From Gammaproteobacteria bacterium (GTDB lineage Bacteria > Pseudomonadota > Gammaproteobacteria > Eutrophobiales > Eutrophobiaceae), in contig CBDEUK010000002.1 of NCBI GenBank assembly GCA_965243205.1, positions 1,824,001 to 1,888,000 of the forward strand: DNA of 64,000 bases. Direction: 5' to 3'. Position 1 is the stretch's first letter, and each line of letters begins with the position of its first letter. The translations under genes and the position numbers were made by a program. Of this stretch, positions 39,878-50,416 are shown piece by piece. The notes beneath the pieces were generated by a model. That model saw only the letters and a list, made by a program, of their open reading frames with translations, did not search any database and was not told the DNA's origin.

Positions 39878-40981
39878 ATGATGAAAAAACTATTTTTAAA
39901 TGCCATTTTATTATTTGGATTTTTAATTCTGAATGCTTGCGGACAAGGCGGTCAAACAACATCAACGGGTAGTGGTGTAGATACATCAAAAGTTTATAAC
40001 TGGAAGATGGTAACAACTTGGCCTGCTAACTTTCCGATTTTTCAGGAAGGTGCGCAAAAATTTGCGGATGAAGTAAAGGTTATGAGTAGTGGTCGATTGA
40101 ATATACAGGTCTACGCTGGTGGTGAGTTAGTGCCGCCTTTGCAAGTGTTTGATGCAGTCTCTCAAGGATCCGTCGAGATGGGGCATGGTTCTCCGTATTA
40201 CTGGGCCGGTAAAGTGCCTGCAGCACAGTTTTTTTCATCGGTTCCATTTGGTATGACAGCTAGAGGTATGAACGCTTGGCTTTATGGCGGCGGTGGTTTA
40301 GAACTGTGGCAAGAGATTTATCAGCCATTCAATTTGATTGCATTTCCAATGGGCAATACTGGTATTCAAATGGGCGGTTGGTTTAATAAGAAAATTGAAA
40401 GTGTGGATGATTTACAAGGGCTACGTATGCGTATCCCCGGTTTGGGCGGTAAGGTATTCAAAAGAGCTGGCGGTAATCCTGTGTTGATGGCCGGCAGTGA
40501 AATCTATACAGCTTTAGAGCGCGGTACGATCGATGCCACTGAATGGGTCGCACCATTTCATGATTTACGTTTAGGTTTAAATCGCGCGGCTGAATATTAT
40601 TATTTTCCAGGTTGGCATGAGCCGGGTACTGAGTTTGAATTAATGATTAATTTAGCAAAGTGGAAAACCTTACCTGAAGATTTACAAAAGATTGTAGAAG
40701 TGGCCGCACGTGCTAATAGTGAATGGATCTATGGTGAGATGGAATTTCATAATCAAGAGGCTTTAAAAACATTAAAAGAACAACAAAATATTCAAGTGTT
40801 ACCTTTCCCTGATGATGTAACCCAGACCTTAAAGCAAATGGCCAAGGAAACATTTGATGATGAAGCAGCGAATGATCCTGAATTCAAGCGTGTTTACGAT
40901 GCGTATACTGAATTCATGCAAAGCTATGCGGATTGGGATGAAATGTCAGAACGGGCTTACCAAAAGATTATTAACGAATAA
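39878..40981 (+). CDS. TRAP transporter substrate-binding lipoprotein (DctP, TakP-like)
   Basis: Lipobox LNAC; WKMVTTWP, GNTG.QMGGWF, MRIPGLG and YFPGWHEPG motifs. Confidence 0.9.
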   Translation: MMKKLFLNAILLFGFLILNACGQGGQTTSTGSGVDTSKVYNWKMVTTWPANFPIFQEGAQKFADEVKVMSSGRLNIQVYAGGELVPPLQVFDAVSQGSVEMGHGSPYYWAGKVPAAQFFSSVPFGMTARGMNAWLYGGGGLELWQEIYQPFNLIAFPMGNTGIQMGGWFNKKIESVDDLQGLRMRIPGLGGKVFKRAGGNPVLMAGSEIYTALERGTIDATEWVAPFHDLRLGLNRAAEYYYFPGWHEPGTEFELMINLAKWKTLPEDLQKIVEVAARANSEWIYGEMEFHNQEALKTLKEQQNIQVLPFPDDVTQTLKQMAKETFDDEAANDPEFKRVYDAYTEFMQSYADWDEMSERAYQKIINE

Positions 40982-41007
40982 GCATATTTAAATTTCGATT
41001 AAAGACT

Positions 41008-41265
41008 ATGGCAGACTGGTATGTCTACATGCTTCATTGTAATGATGACAGTTTGTACACAGGCATTACTACTGAATTAGAACGACGAGTCGAAGAGCAT
41101 AATTCTTCTAAAAAAGCAGCAGCTTATACCCGAGCGCGAAGACCCGTTAGATTGGTGTATTCTGAATTACATAGCTCTCGTTCCAATGCCTTAAAGCGAG
41201 AATACGAAATAAAGCAATTATCTCGACAGGAAAAAATCAAATTACAGAGTAATTTTAGGCAATAA
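41008..41265 (+). CDS. GIY-YIG nuclease (UPF0213/YhbQ-like)
   Basis: WYVYML.C.D.SLYTGITT...RR..EHN...YTR.RRP...A.KRE..IK. Confidence 0.9.
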   Translation: MADWYVYMLHCNDDSLYTGITTELERRVEEHNSSKKAAAYTRARRPVRLVYSELHSSRSNALKREYEIKQLSRQEKIKLQSNFRQ

Positions 41266-41291
41266 AAAAGGAGGCTTATGCCTCCTTTTTT
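41264..41291. terminator. Bidirectional intrinsic terminator
   Basis: AAAAAAGGAGGC-TTAT-GCCTCCTTTTTT. Confidence 0.85.
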
Positions 41292-41308
41292 GTTCGTCTA
41301 CATGAAAA

Positions 41309-41830
41309 CTATTTACTGTTTTCTACCATGTAATCTACAGCGGCTTTAACTTCTTCATCAGAAAAGCTACCACCACCACGGGCTGGCATCATAAAACCGC
41401 CAGGTCCTGTAAAACCATTGATAGCATGGTCATAAAGGGTGTTCATGCCTTGTTCTAAACGTGCTGTCCAATCATCAGCATTACCGACTACAGGGGCACC
41501 AATGCCTGGTACGCTATGGCACGCAACACACATACCGTTATAAACTTCTTCGCCACTTTTTCCAGCTCCTTCAGCTGCAGCAACGGTATCGCCTTCAGGC
41601 TCGGAAGAATCGTCTTCTTCACCATGAACACTGACTTCGGCCATTGGGGCTGTTTCTTCTGTGACCATGCTAGAGCGTTTTTCTTCTAGTGCTGCGGCTC
41701 TTTCTGTATTCAGTTCATCGTTAGAACCGTAGTTTTGAGCTAATACAAAAAACACCACCATAGCGATTGCCAAAATGACAATTACGTATGTGTAATTACG
41801 AAAAAAGATTTTATCTTGTTCTTCACTCAT
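41309..41830 (-). CDS. Membrane-anchored cytochrome c5
   Basis: N-terminal TM, CVACH, GAP..G...W..R and MPARGG...SDEEV.AAV.YM. Confidence 0.9.
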   Translation of the reverse strand: MSEEQDKIFFRNYTYVIVILAIAMVVFFVLAQNYGSNDELNTERAAALEEKRSSMVTEETAPMAEVSVHGEEDDSSEPEGDTVAAAEGAGKSGEEVYNGMCVACHSVPGIGAPVVGNADDWTARLEQGMNTLYDHAINGFTGPGGFMMPARGGGSFSDEEVKAAVDYMVENSK

Positions 41831-41948
41831 CGGATATTCCTCTATTCACCCGTTTTAAGGTTTACTTTTTATAATGTTTGAAAACAGCGTCGCAGTATAC
41901 CGATTGCAATCGTTTCTGGAAACTCTGTTTTCTAGCGTATTTTTAGAG

Positions 41949-42497
41949 TTATTTTAAAAATTTACCTAATAAATCATCGACCATACTGCCGTCACCGTCT
42001 TCATCCAGGAAAGAAGTTAATAGGCCTTCTATGCCAGAACTTTGATTCTGACTGCCACCTAGTAACTGTGCTAGGTTACCACCAGCAGAAGATTGCTTAC
42101 TGAGTCCTCCCATGACCATGGTGGCAACTATAGGCAGCATTTTCTTTAATAAAGACGAATCTATACCCGTACTATTTGACGCTCTTCCAGCCACTTCTCG
42201 GCTGACTTCTTTCGAGCCAAATAAATGACCCAAAATAGCATTGCCATCTAAAGCCGTTTCTTGGTTCGCTAGCTGGCTTGGGTTATCTAAATATTGCTGA
42301 TGATTACCTTTATTAAGGGCAGAAATTAACGAACCTAAGCCTCCCTGATTAACATTATTTTTCAAACCGCCAGCTAAAGCAGGAATTAACTGGGCTAAAG
42401 CTGAGTTAGTCTGGCTAGAGTCAAGTCCAAACTGTTTGGCTAATTGCCCAACGGATGCACCGCCTTGAGCTTCTAAAATCGTTTTTAATAGGCTCAT
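41949..42497 (-). CDS. DUF937 domain protein
   Basis: LAKQFGL, G..ILGHLFG, LKKMLP.VA...MG and LD.DGDGS..DDL motifs. Confidence 0.85.
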   Translation of the reverse strand: MSLLKTILEAQGGASVGQLAKQFGLDSSQTNSALAQLIPALAGGLKNNVNQGGLGSLISALNKGNHQQYLDNPSQLANQETALDGNAILGHLFGSKEVSREVAGRASNSTGIDSSLLKKMLPIVATMVMGGLSKQSSAGGNLAQLLGGSQNQSSGIEGLLTSFLDEDGDGSMVDDLLGKFLK

Positions 42498-42518
42498 TAA
42501 TTTCTTCTCCTAAGTAAA

Positions 42519-43019
42519 TTAACCTTCTAAAGGGATGCGGATTTTTTGTCCTGGATAAATTAAGTCTGGGTCCTCGATCACTTCACGGTTGGCTTCGAAA
42601 ATTTTCGGATAGTCCATAGCATTGCCGTAGTATTCTTTGGCTATTTTGCTTAGGCTGTCGCCGGATTGAATGACATAAAATTCAACTTTTTGATCGCTTT
42701 GTGGTACCAATTGGTTTTCGGTGTCCTCTGCATCATCGGCAGCCACCATTTCAGTATCCTTAACTTTTAGCCCTGGGGTAATAACATCTTTAACGCCTTT
42801 GACGTTACCCGCCATTAAAATACATTTTTGGTGGGCTTCTACTGAATCACAAACCCCACGTAGGCCGACATAACCACTATCGTAAGTTACATGTAAATCT
42901 TCTACACCAGGGTTATTGGCTTCGATATGAGCCTTAATTCTTTCAGCTGCTTCTTCCGGTTTTTCTTCATTGTCGAATAGTTTTTTACCGATGTCTTTCA
43001 CGAATCCAAATAAACTCAT
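42519..43019 (-). CDS. BON-LysM protein (Kbp/YgaU-like)
   Basis: MSLFGFVKDIGKKLF, AGNVKGV and LysM GDSLSKIA..YYG...Y..IFEAN...PDLIYPGQ. Confidence 0.9.
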   Translation of the reverse strand: MSLFGFVKDIGKKLFDNEEKPEEAAERIKAHIEANNPGVEDLHVTYDSGYVGLRGVCDSVEAHQKCILMAGNVKGVKDVITPGLKVKDTEMVAADDAEDTENQLVPQSDQKVEFYVIQSGDSLSKIAKEYYGNAMDYPKIFEANREVIEDPDLIYPGQKIRIPLEG

Positions 43020-43248
43020 ATGTCTTCTCCTAGAGGGTTATTATTATAAAACCCAAACAGATTCTTATGTTTCTTGGATGCTGTCAATGCAGATCGGTTA
43101 AAAATCAATCAAAATTAGGTTTTTTTAAAGAGTTTTTTATATTTGTTTTCGATAGAGGTTTTATTCTTAATTTGATTGGGCTTTAATTTATACTAAACCT
43201 ATCGGTGGTGTGAGACATCAAATTAAATTATTAACAGGAATCATTGTT

Positions 43249-43410
43249 ATGGCGAAAAGTACCCTTATGAAAATTGCAGTTATATCAGGTGCCGTAGCGG
43301 TTGGGTTGGTTGGCGCGATGATGAATGGGTGGGTAGGTTTATTTTGGGGTGTTCTGTTAGGAGGTACTTTGGCTGGCGCCATTACATCTTCATTTATTCA
43401 TAACGCCTAA
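43249..43410 (+). CDS. Small Gly-rich membrane protein
   Basis: 53 aa, two hydrophobic glycine-zipper-like helices; AGGA RBS. Confidence 0.5.
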   Translation: MAKSTLMKIAVISGAVAVGLVGAMMNGWVGLFWGVLLGGTLAGAITSSFIHNA

Positions 43411-43427
43411 AACTTAGGTCGCTTAAA

Positions 43428-44339
43428 CTAAGCGACCAATAAACTCATAGTCTCTTCAAATTTAATTTCGATTTCTTCAAAATTAAATTGTTTTTCAAAA
43501 CCCTGTTCCAGTTGTAAAAAATTAATGACTTCAGGTTGAATTTCATCTGTTACCGAGAGAGTTTCACAAAAGCTGCCAACACACGAGCGGTTAGCAAGAA
43601 CATTGCTCACATGCAGTATGCAAGCATCCATTTTGGCAAATTCGGATTTTAAAGGTTCATGGTGATAGCGAACAGACTCACATAAAGTTAACGGCAGTTT
43701 CCATTCTTCCATCATGAGAGCGCCTAAAACGGCATGGTTGAATCCAATGAGTTTTTGTTCCATTTGATATAAATGCTCTTCCTCGCCACCAGCATCTTCA
43801 ATAATGTCTTTGGCGAGTTCCGGAAAACGAGTATTGATAACTAATGTACCTATGTCATGTAACAAGCCTGCAACAAATAATCTTTCAGGTTGTAGAACAT
43901 TTAGTTGCTTAGCTAATGATTTTGCGACCAAGCCTGTATATACCGCATGTCTCCAAAAGGTACTCATATTGGTTAGCTTATCAGGAATACGAGAAAACGA
44001 TTCAACTGAAGTAATCGCATAGACTAAATTAGTTAATTCATTAATTCCTATAATTGTGACAGCTCTAGAAACGGTATCGATTTTTGTGCTTAAACCAAAA
44101 TATGAACTATTAACCAGTCTTAACAGACGGGCAGTGAGATTCGGATCATGGATAATGACATTGGCTAGGCTTTCAGAAGAGCTATTTTGATCTTGTAAAA
44201 CCTCGTGTACTTTATGACAAACTTCAGGTGGAGAGACTAGCGCTGATAAGTCTTTAACAATACTTTTGGCGACAATTTCTCTTACGTCAGAGTTTTCAGT
44301 ATGTTTTAAATTGTGATCTGTGATTAAGTTTGCAGTCAT
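43428..44339 (-). CDS. HDOD domain protein
   Basis: DP.LTARLLRLVNS, FWRH, AGLLHDIG, HA.LG...W.LP and YHH motifs. Confidence 0.92.
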   Translation of the reverse strand: MTANLITDHNLKHTENSDVREIVAKSIVKDLSALVSPPEVCHKVHEVLQDQNSSSESLANVIIHDPNLTARLLRLVNSSYFGLSTKIDTVSRAVTIIGINELTNLVYAITSVESFSRIPDKLTNMSTFWRHAVYTGLVAKSLAKQLNVLQPERLFVAGLLHDIGTLVINTRFPELAKDIIEDAGGEEEHLYQMEQKLIGFNHAVLGALMMEEWKLPLTLCESVRYHHEPLKSEFAKMDACILHVSNVLANRSCVGSFCETLSVTDEIQPEVINFLQLEQGFEKQFNFEEIEIKFEETMSLLVA

Positions 44340-44370
44340 CGGCTATTTTTTTATTTGTGATGTATCAACT

Positions 44371-44397
44371 TTAACGACAAAACAAAAAAAAACTTGA
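44371..44397 (-). promoter_or_regulatory. Candidate sigma28 (FliA) promoter of the HDOD gene
   Basis: Minus strand: TCAAGTTT-N11-GTCGTTAA. Confidence 0.5.
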
Positions 44398-44443
44398 GTA
44401 AAATTAGTGATATGGTTGTAAGAAGGCAAAACTCAAAAATAAT

Positions 44444-45280
44444 ATGAATCAAGATAGAGTCTATTTAATCATTGGTTGTGGATACCTCGGTAGGTATTTG
44501 CTAGAAGAGTTGGATGAAGAAAAAGTCATTGTGACATCAAGAAATCAAACCAAGCTTGAGAATTTTGAGCAAGAAGGTTTTGAAAACTTATATTTTGATA
44601 TTAATGAAGATCGCGATGAGTTTTTTCAACAACTAACAACCCATAATAACATTACAATATTTTTTTTATTGCCACCCAGTAAAGTTCAACTTGAAGGTTT
44701 AGAAAATTTTTTACAAAAAATAAAAGATTTATCTATCCATAAAGCTATTATGATTTCTTCAACGGTTGTCTATGGTAATGAACCTAGATTAGTCGATGCT
44801 GATAGTTTAGTGATGCTTGATTCAGAGCGTGCAAAAAAACAATATTCGATTGAGAAATTATGGTTAGAAATATCTAGACAATTTTATTCTGTTCGTTTAG
44901 CGGGAATTTATGGAAAAGAAAGAGTGATAGGAATTCGAAATTTACAGCAGCAAAAACCTATAAGTTCTGATCCTGACGCTTGGTTGAATTTAATCCATGT
45001 TGAAGATGCTGCAAAATTAGTTTGTAAAATTGCTGAATCAAGCACAACAGAAAGAGTTGAGTTAGGATGTGATAATCATCCAGTTAAGCGACGAGAATAT
45101 TATTCTTGGTTGGCTAGTCAGCTTAATTCTCCGCAGCCGATATTTGAAAATAAAAATGAAGCTAGAGGTGCTAATCGACAATGTTCAAGTCAAATCACGC
45201 AACAACGAACAGGCTGGCAGCCATTTTATAAAAATTACCAAGAAGGTATTCGGGCGGCTTTAAGAACAACAAGTGATTAA
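44444..45280 (+). CDS. NAD-dependent epimerase/dehydratase (atypical SDR)
   Basis: [22 protein letters not shown] and NLIHVED motifs. Confidence 0.85.
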   Translation: MNQDRVYLIIGCGYLGRYLLEELDEEKVIVTSRNQTKLENFEQEGFENLYFDINEDRDEFFQQLTTHNNITIFFLLPPSKVQLEGLENFLQKIKDLSIHKAIMISSTVVYGNEPRLVDADSLVMLDSERAKKQYSIEKLWLEISRQFYSVRLAGIYGKERVIGIRNLQQQKPISSDPDAWLNLIHVEDAAKLVCKIAESSTTERVELGCDNHPVKRREYYSWLASQLNSPQPIFENKNEARGANRQCSSQITQQRTGWQPFYKNYQEGIRAALRTTSD

Positions 45281-45780
45281 AGATTTTTATTAATATCTTT
45301 ATCTTTCTTTCTAGATTCTTTTTGTAAATCTAATTTGTATTGTTCTAGTTTGGTTCTGATTTTTTGATCATGAGTTGCTAAGATTTGTACGGCGAGTAAT
45401 CCTGCGTTTTTTGCGCCATCAATTGCAACAGTAGCAACTGGTACGCCGCCAGGCATTTGCACAATAGATAATAAGGAATCCATACCATCCAGCGAACGAC
45501 TCTTTACTGGAACTCCAATGACCGGTAATGTCGTCATACTAGCTACCATTCCTGGTAAATGTGCTGCGCCTCCAGCGCCTGCAATAATAACTTTTAAACC
45601 TTTCTGAACGGCTTGCTTGGCATACTTTGCCATATCCATAGGTGTGCGATGAGCTGAGACAATATGTACTTCGTGGGCAACGGAAAAACTTTTGCAAATT
45701 TCTGCAGCGGCTTGCATTACTGGCCAGTCAGAGTCACTGCCCATAATAATTCCCACACTTGGATTGTTTGATTTAGCCAT
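45277..45780 (-). CDS. purE: N5-CAIR mutase
   Basis: [24 protein letters not shown] and SIVQMP.GVPVATV motifs. Confidence 0.97.
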   Translation of the reverse strand: MAKSNNPSVGIIMGSDSDWPVMQAAAEICKSFSVAHEVHIVSAHRTPMDMAKYAKQAVQKGLKVIIAGAGGAAHLPGMVASMTTLPVIGVPVKSRSLDGMDSLLSIVQMPGGVPVATVAIDGAKNAGLLAVQILATHDQKIRTKLEQYKLDLQKESRKKDKDINKNL

Positions 45781-45782
45781 AT

Positions 45783-46958
45783 CTATTCTGCTCCAAACTT
45801 TATCAGTTCTGCTGCGGTTTTAGCGGTATTAAGAACGGATTCCAGTTTATTACCAATGACGGTTATATGTCCCATCTTGCGCCCTATTTTACTTTCTAAT
45901 TTGCCATAACTGTGGATATGCACGCCAGGGAGTTTTAAAGCTTGTTCAATGCCTGTAGGAAAGCCGGAGCCATTTTGGTCACCAAGCAAATTAACCATCA
46001 CTGCAAATTTACTGCGCATATCGGTTGAACCTAAAGGCCAATTAAATAATGCACGAACATGATTTTCAAATTGTGAGCATTCACAGGCTTCTATTGTGTA
46101 ATGGCCAGAGTTATGAACTCTTGGTGCCATTTCGTTTAATAAGATTTCATTATCATTGCTTAAAAACATTTCCACGCCTAAGGTGCCGACACCATCGACA
46201 GCTATGACGGCTTGTTTGGCAAATTCAGTTGCTTTAGCTGCAAGTTCGGTCGGGATGTTTGCTGGCGCAATTACAGTATGGCAAATATGATCTTTTTGAA
46301 TGGTTTCAACCACTGGGTAAGTGACTATCTCACCGTCCCTCGAGCGTGTTACCATCACAGCAAGTTCTTTTTGAAATGGGCAAAAGGCTTCAACGTATAA
46401 GGTGCGACCTTTATTACCTTCTAGTTTCAACCACGCTGCTTCTACATCTTTTTCCGATTCAATCGTTGCATTACCTTTGCCATCGTAACCATTGCGTCTG
46501 GCTTTTAATACTAATGGCCAAGCTAACTCTTCCGCTGCTTCTGTTATATCCTCAGGATTTGAAACAGACATAAATTTCGGCATTGCAATACCAGCTTGGG
46601 CCAAGGTTTGTTTTTGAATATATTTGTCTTGAATAAGGCCTATGGTTTTTGAGCTGGGGATGAGTTGAAAGCCTGCGGCTTCTAATTCAGAAAGTGCGTT
46701 TGCATCAACAAATTCATTTTCTAAACTAACGATGTCTGATTTTTCACCTAGGGCAATCAAGTTTTCCGCTTTATCCCAATCACCAATGAAATAATCTTTT
46801 GCAAGAGGAAGGGCCGGGCTGATATCGCTGCGTTCAAGAATCACAACTTCTGCACCTAAGGCTTGAGCTGAATGCGCTGTCATTTTGGCGAGTTGCCCAC
46901 CACCAACAATACCGAGTCGGTAGCTTGCAGGATTATGTTTTCGTGTTAGTTTTTGCAA
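45783..46958 (-). CDS. purK: N5-CAIR synthase
   Basis: [37 protein letters not shown] and RKMGH motifs. Confidence 0.96.
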   Translation of the reverse strand: MQKLTRKHNPASYRLGIVGGGQLAKMTAHSAQALGAEVVILERSDISPALPLAKDYFIGDWDKAENLIALGEKSDIVSLENEFVDANALSELEAAGFQLIPSSKTIGLIQDKYIQKQTLAQAGIAMPKFMSVSNPEDITEAAEELAWPLVLKARRNGYDGKGNATIESEKDVEAAWLKLEGNKGRTLYVEAFCPFQKELAVMVTRSRDGEIVTYPVVETIQKDHICHTVIAPANIPTELAAKATEFAKQAVIAVDGVGTLGVEMFLSNDNEILLNEMAPRVHNSGHYTIEACECSQFENHVRALFNWPLGSTDMRSKFAVMVNLLGDQNGSGFPTGIEQALKLPGVHIHSYGKLESKIGRKMGHITVIGNKLESVLNTAKTAAELIKFGAE

Positions 46959-47085
46959 AATTTATTTTTTGTATAGCCGTGAAAAAACGGGCGACTTTAG
47001 CATAGAATAGGTAATAAAGCTTGCTATTTTAAAGCAAAAATAGCTAAAAAAATAATTGGAAATGTTAGCTTAAATAATTAGTAGA

Positions 47086-48813
47086 TTATTGAGTTACACA
47101 ACGGTTTTTACCAGAATTCTTTGCTTCGTAAAGTGCATTATCGGCACGGTTAAATACCGTTTCAATATCGTCTTCTTTGGCAAACTCTGCTATGCCAATG
47201 GATACGGTGATAGGAACTTTCTTTTTGTTATATTGAAAAACACATTTGCTGACGGTGTTGCGTAGGTTTTCTGCGGCGACTAATGATTGTTCTAAGTTAG
47301 TATTTGGGAAGACCAATACAAACTCTTCACCACCATAGCGCGCGATAAAATCAATATTGCGAATTTTATCATCACAAAGTTTAGCGACCGTTTTTAATAC
47401 TCTATCGCCTGCTGTGTGACCATATTGATCGTTAATTTTTTTAAAATCGTCAATGTCAATAATACCTAAACTCAAAGATTGTCCATAACGTTCACAACGT
47501 GAGAATTCTTCTTGAATTTTATCTTCATAGGCATGTCGATTTGCAATACCTGTTAAAGCATCTTTTAATGCTTTGTTTCTTTCTTCGATGATGGTTTTTT
47601 GTAAACGTTGGCTTTCGTTTTCTATCTGTACTACGCGTTTGGCTAATGATTCTATGGCTTTTTGTGATTCATGTTGTTTTTCTTGTTCAGATTTTAAGTG
47701 GATATCTAAGTTAGCATCGATGATTTCAAGATGGGAATCTAAAGTGATTTTTATTTCATCAATATCATTACAAGAATCAATATCATTTTTTAATTGCTCA
47801 GCTGACTCTTTCATTTGCGTATTAAATTGTTCGGCTTTTGATAAGCTATTAGCTTGTTGAGATTGACTGCCTACTAAATGTTCTTCGAATTCTTTAAGAC
47901 GCAGGATAACTTTGGATAAATAGTTTTGAATTTCTCCTAACTCTGCTTGCAAACTACGATTTATCTGGCTGATAAAATCGCTAATGTTTTTTAACGCTTT
48001 TTGCGGATTTAGTTGAAACGATTCTTCAGTAAACTCATCTTTAAGTTGAGAGAACTCTTGTTTAAAATTTTCTGGTATGCTTATCCATTCTAATAGTTGA
48101 ATGAAAAGTTCATAAGTATTGTTAAGGTCAGAAGAAGTTTCGTTTGGTTCATTAAGTAACTCATTTAATAAAAAGATAATTTCTTCAATTGTTTTTAACT
48201 GTTCTTGATGTTCAGAGACGCTTTGCAGACGCGAACTGAGTTGCTTTAATTGATTATTTGAATTGGCTGGCAGATGAAGTTTCGAGAGAACTGGGATGAG
48301 ATTATCTTGTTTGTTTGAAAGCGGAACTACATTATCTGATCTTTCTTGGAGTAGTTCATTCATATAACTACTGAGTTGTTGAATAAGTTTGTTGTTTTGC
48401 TCAGCGGTAGGTTGCTCAGATAGTTTTTGTTTTAAACGACTTATACCATGTTGATGTTCAGAGTTAGTTTCTAGTTGATCCAGAAAAACAATTAGAGGGT
48501 TATCATTAGCAGAGTTTTTATTATCTAGTACAGGTTCTTCATTATTCGCTAAAATTTGATCTAGAACGGTCTGAATAAGTTGTTCACGTAGCTTTCTATC
48601 TTTTGTATTGCGAATTTTTTTTCTAAATGTGCTGATGCCATTATCAAGTGTTTTATTATGGCCTTGATGAGAAATACATAATTTAACAATGAAGCTTATT
48701 AATGAATCTTCGCTGGACTCAAGAAGGCTTTCTTGAGCATCGAGTTGATCAAGGAGTTGATAATATTTCTCCTTCCAGTCTTTCTCTGATTTTTTTAATT
48801 CAACTGCAGACAT
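47086..48813 (-). CDS. Cytoplasmic diguanylate cyclase with long helical N-terminus (PA5487/DgcH-like)
   Basis: WKEKY N-terminus, DALTG..NR, RNID I-site, YGGEEF and ADNALY.AK..GKN. Confidence 0.9.
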   Translation of the reverse strand: MSAVELKKSEKDWKEKYYQLLDQLDAQESLLESSEDSLISFIVKLCISHQGHNKTLDNGISTFRKKIRNTKDRKLREQLIQTVLDQILANNEEPVLDNKNSANDNPLIVFLDQLETNSEHQHGISRLKQKLSEQPTAEQNNKLIQQLSSYMNELLQERSDNVVPLSNKQDNLIPVLSKLHLPANSNNQLKQLSSRLQSVSEHQEQLKTIEEIIFLLNELLNEPNETSSDLNNTYELFIQLLEWISIPENFKQEFSQLKDEFTEESFQLNPQKALKNISDFISQINRSLQAELGEIQNYLSKVILRLKEFEEHLVGSQSQQANSLSKAEQFNTQMKESAEQLKNDIDSCNDIDEIKITLDSHLEIIDANLDIHLKSEQEKQHESQKAIESLAKRVVQIENESQRLQKTIIEERNKALKDALTGIANRHAYEDKIQEEFSRCERYGQSLSLGIIDIDDFKKINDQYGHTAGDRVLKTVAKLCDDKIRNIDFIARYGGEEFVLVFPNTNLEQSLVAAENLRNTVSKCVFQYNKKKVPITVSIGIAEFAKEDDIETVFNRADNALYEAKNSGKNRCVTQ

Positions 48814-48875
48814 GTAATCTTCTCAAAATCGTTAAGTAATATAACGACAGAGAAAATTTAGTTAGAAATAGAAGA

Positions 48876-48902
48876 ATGACCAGGTTTAATTAACCTGGTC
48901 AT
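48876..48902 (-). terminator. Hairpin after dsbA
   Basis: ATGACCAGGTT-taatt-AACCTGGTCAT followed by a T-rich tract on the minus strand. Confidence 0.65.
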
Positions 48903-48912
48903 ATTACTGTCG

Positions 48913-49527
48913 TTATTTAGATTCTTTATCGACGAGTTGATCGGTAACCTTTAGCATATTTTCAAAGCTACCAGCGATTGATGAACCAGTTAGATATTTA
49001 CCTTCAATAACAATTGAAGGAACGCCCCGGACTTGATAACGTCTGCCTGCTACAAAAGCTTTTTTTACTTTGTCATTGACGGCATCAGACTCATAGGCAT
49101 CATTGAATTTATCTTCATCTACACCATGTTCAGCATAAAATTTAGCTAAACTTTTTTGATCGTTAAGGTGACGTTTTTCTTTGTGAATCGCGTTGAATAG
49201 GGCTTGGTGGGTTTTCTCTACAACACCAAGTTCTTCAGCAGCGTAATAAGCACGCCCTAATGGGATCCACTCATCGCTGAAAATACCTGGCATACGACGG
49301 AATTCTACGTTCTCTGGTTTTTTATTTTCCAACCAATCTTCTAGGTAAGGCTCGAACTCATAACAATGAGGGCAGCCATACCAAAAAATTTCGACGACTT
49401 CGACTTTCCCATCCGCTACTTGCGTAGGTTGGGCGGGGTCGATCATTTTATATTGGTCTTCGGCATTGGCAAATAAAGCAAAAGCCATTAAAGAAAAGAT
49501 AAAAATAGTTCGAGCAAAAGAGTTCAT
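48913..49527 (-). CDS. dsbA: Thiol:disulfide interchange protein DsbA
   Basis: Signal peptide, EIFWYGCPHC and cis-Pro GVP. Confidence 0.95.
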   Translation of the reverse strand: MNSFARTIFIFSLMAFALFANAEDQYKMIDPAQPTQVADGKVEVVEIFWYGCPHCYEFEPYLEDWLENKKPENVEFRRMPGIFSDEWIPLGRAYYAAEELGVVEKTHQALFNAIHKEKRHLNDQKSLAKFYAEHGVDEDKFNDAYESDAVNDKVKKAFVAGRRYQVRGVPSIVIEGKYLTGSSIAGSFENMLKVTDQLVDKESK

Positions 49528-49558
49528 ATAAGAATAGTTCCTATGTTTATTTAATTCT

Positions 49559-49644
49559 TTAGAGCATTCATTTGGATGAAGGTTTCATTTGGGCTCCACC
49601 GCAGGCCGAGTATTGTACACAGTTGAATGTCATTTTAATGACAA
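49559..49644 (-). promoter_or_regulatory. Tandem dsbA promoters: RpoE-type and OmpR/PhoB-box-type
   Basis: GAAACCT-N16-TCTAA (49586-49559); TTGTCATTAAAATGACAT 9 nt before TACAAT (49644-49612). Confidence 0.45.
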
Positions 49645-49712
49645 TTTTTAAGCTACGATATTCTAAGAAAGTTGATTCTACTTTCTTTCCTAGAAGATGC
49701 TTTATACTGGAA

Positions 49713-50309
49713 TTAATGTAGGCCTTGGACGAAATCTGCTACGGCTTTAATTTCTTCGTTGCTCATCTTACCTGCGATGGTATGCATAACTGCATTTTCT
49801 CGTTCGCCATTACGAAAGGCATTCAATTGTGTTTCAACATATGTTGCATGTTGACCACTTAATGATGGATATTGAGCAGCTGGGTTACCAGCACCACGTG
49901 GTCCATGACAAGCCATGCAAGCAGGGACTCCTGTATCGGCATTACCCGCACGATACATTTTTGCACCTTGTTGTACTAACTCAGGATGCGCTTTACTAGG
50001 TTTAGCTTTTTGTGAACTGAAATAAGCGGCAAGGTCTGCTTTATCTTGATCCGTTAAATCCTTTACCATTGGCGCCATTTGCGCATTGGTACGAACGCCT
50101 TTTTGGAAATTATTGATTTGCAATACTAGATATTGTTCGTGTTGCCCGGCTAACTTTGGCCAAGCAGGGTTATTACTATTACCATCTGCACCATGGCAAG
50201 CGGCACATTTTTGAGCTTTTTCGCGCCCAGCAGCAATATCACCTTGGGCATGAGTGGTTAAGCAAACAAATGTAAAGGCAAAAACAGCAACTATTTGATT
50301 GATTTTCAT
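49713..50309 (-). CDS. Di-heme cytochrome c4
   Basis: Signal peptide, CAACH and CMACH, P.LAGQH repeats. Confidence 0.93.
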   Translation of the reverse strand: MKINQIVAVFAFTFVCLTTHAQGDIAAGREKAQKCAACHGADGNSNNPAWPKLAGQHEQYLVLQINNFQKGVRTNAQMAPMVKDLTDQDKADLAAYFSSQKAKPSKAHPELVQQGAKMYRAGNADTGVPACMACHGPRGAGNPAAQYPSLSGQHATYVETQLNAFRNGERENAVMHTIAGKMSNEEIKAVADFVQGLH

Positions 50310-50416
50310 CGTTTCCGGGTATCCTAAGTTCTTCTCATACAGGTCATTGGAAATGCAGGGATTATACCGATATCAGCCAATGGGTTAAGCGATCATTAAA
50401 AAATAATAGGTGAAAT

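Noticed and set aside
41008-41265. Homing endonuclease or mobile element
   Set aside because: Stand-alone 85-aa UPF0213-type protein with no intron, DNA-binding extension or flanking repeats.
48841-48867. sigma28 promoter for the diguanylate cyclase
   Set aside because: A GTCGTTAT -10-like element is present, but there is no -35 at the correct spacing.
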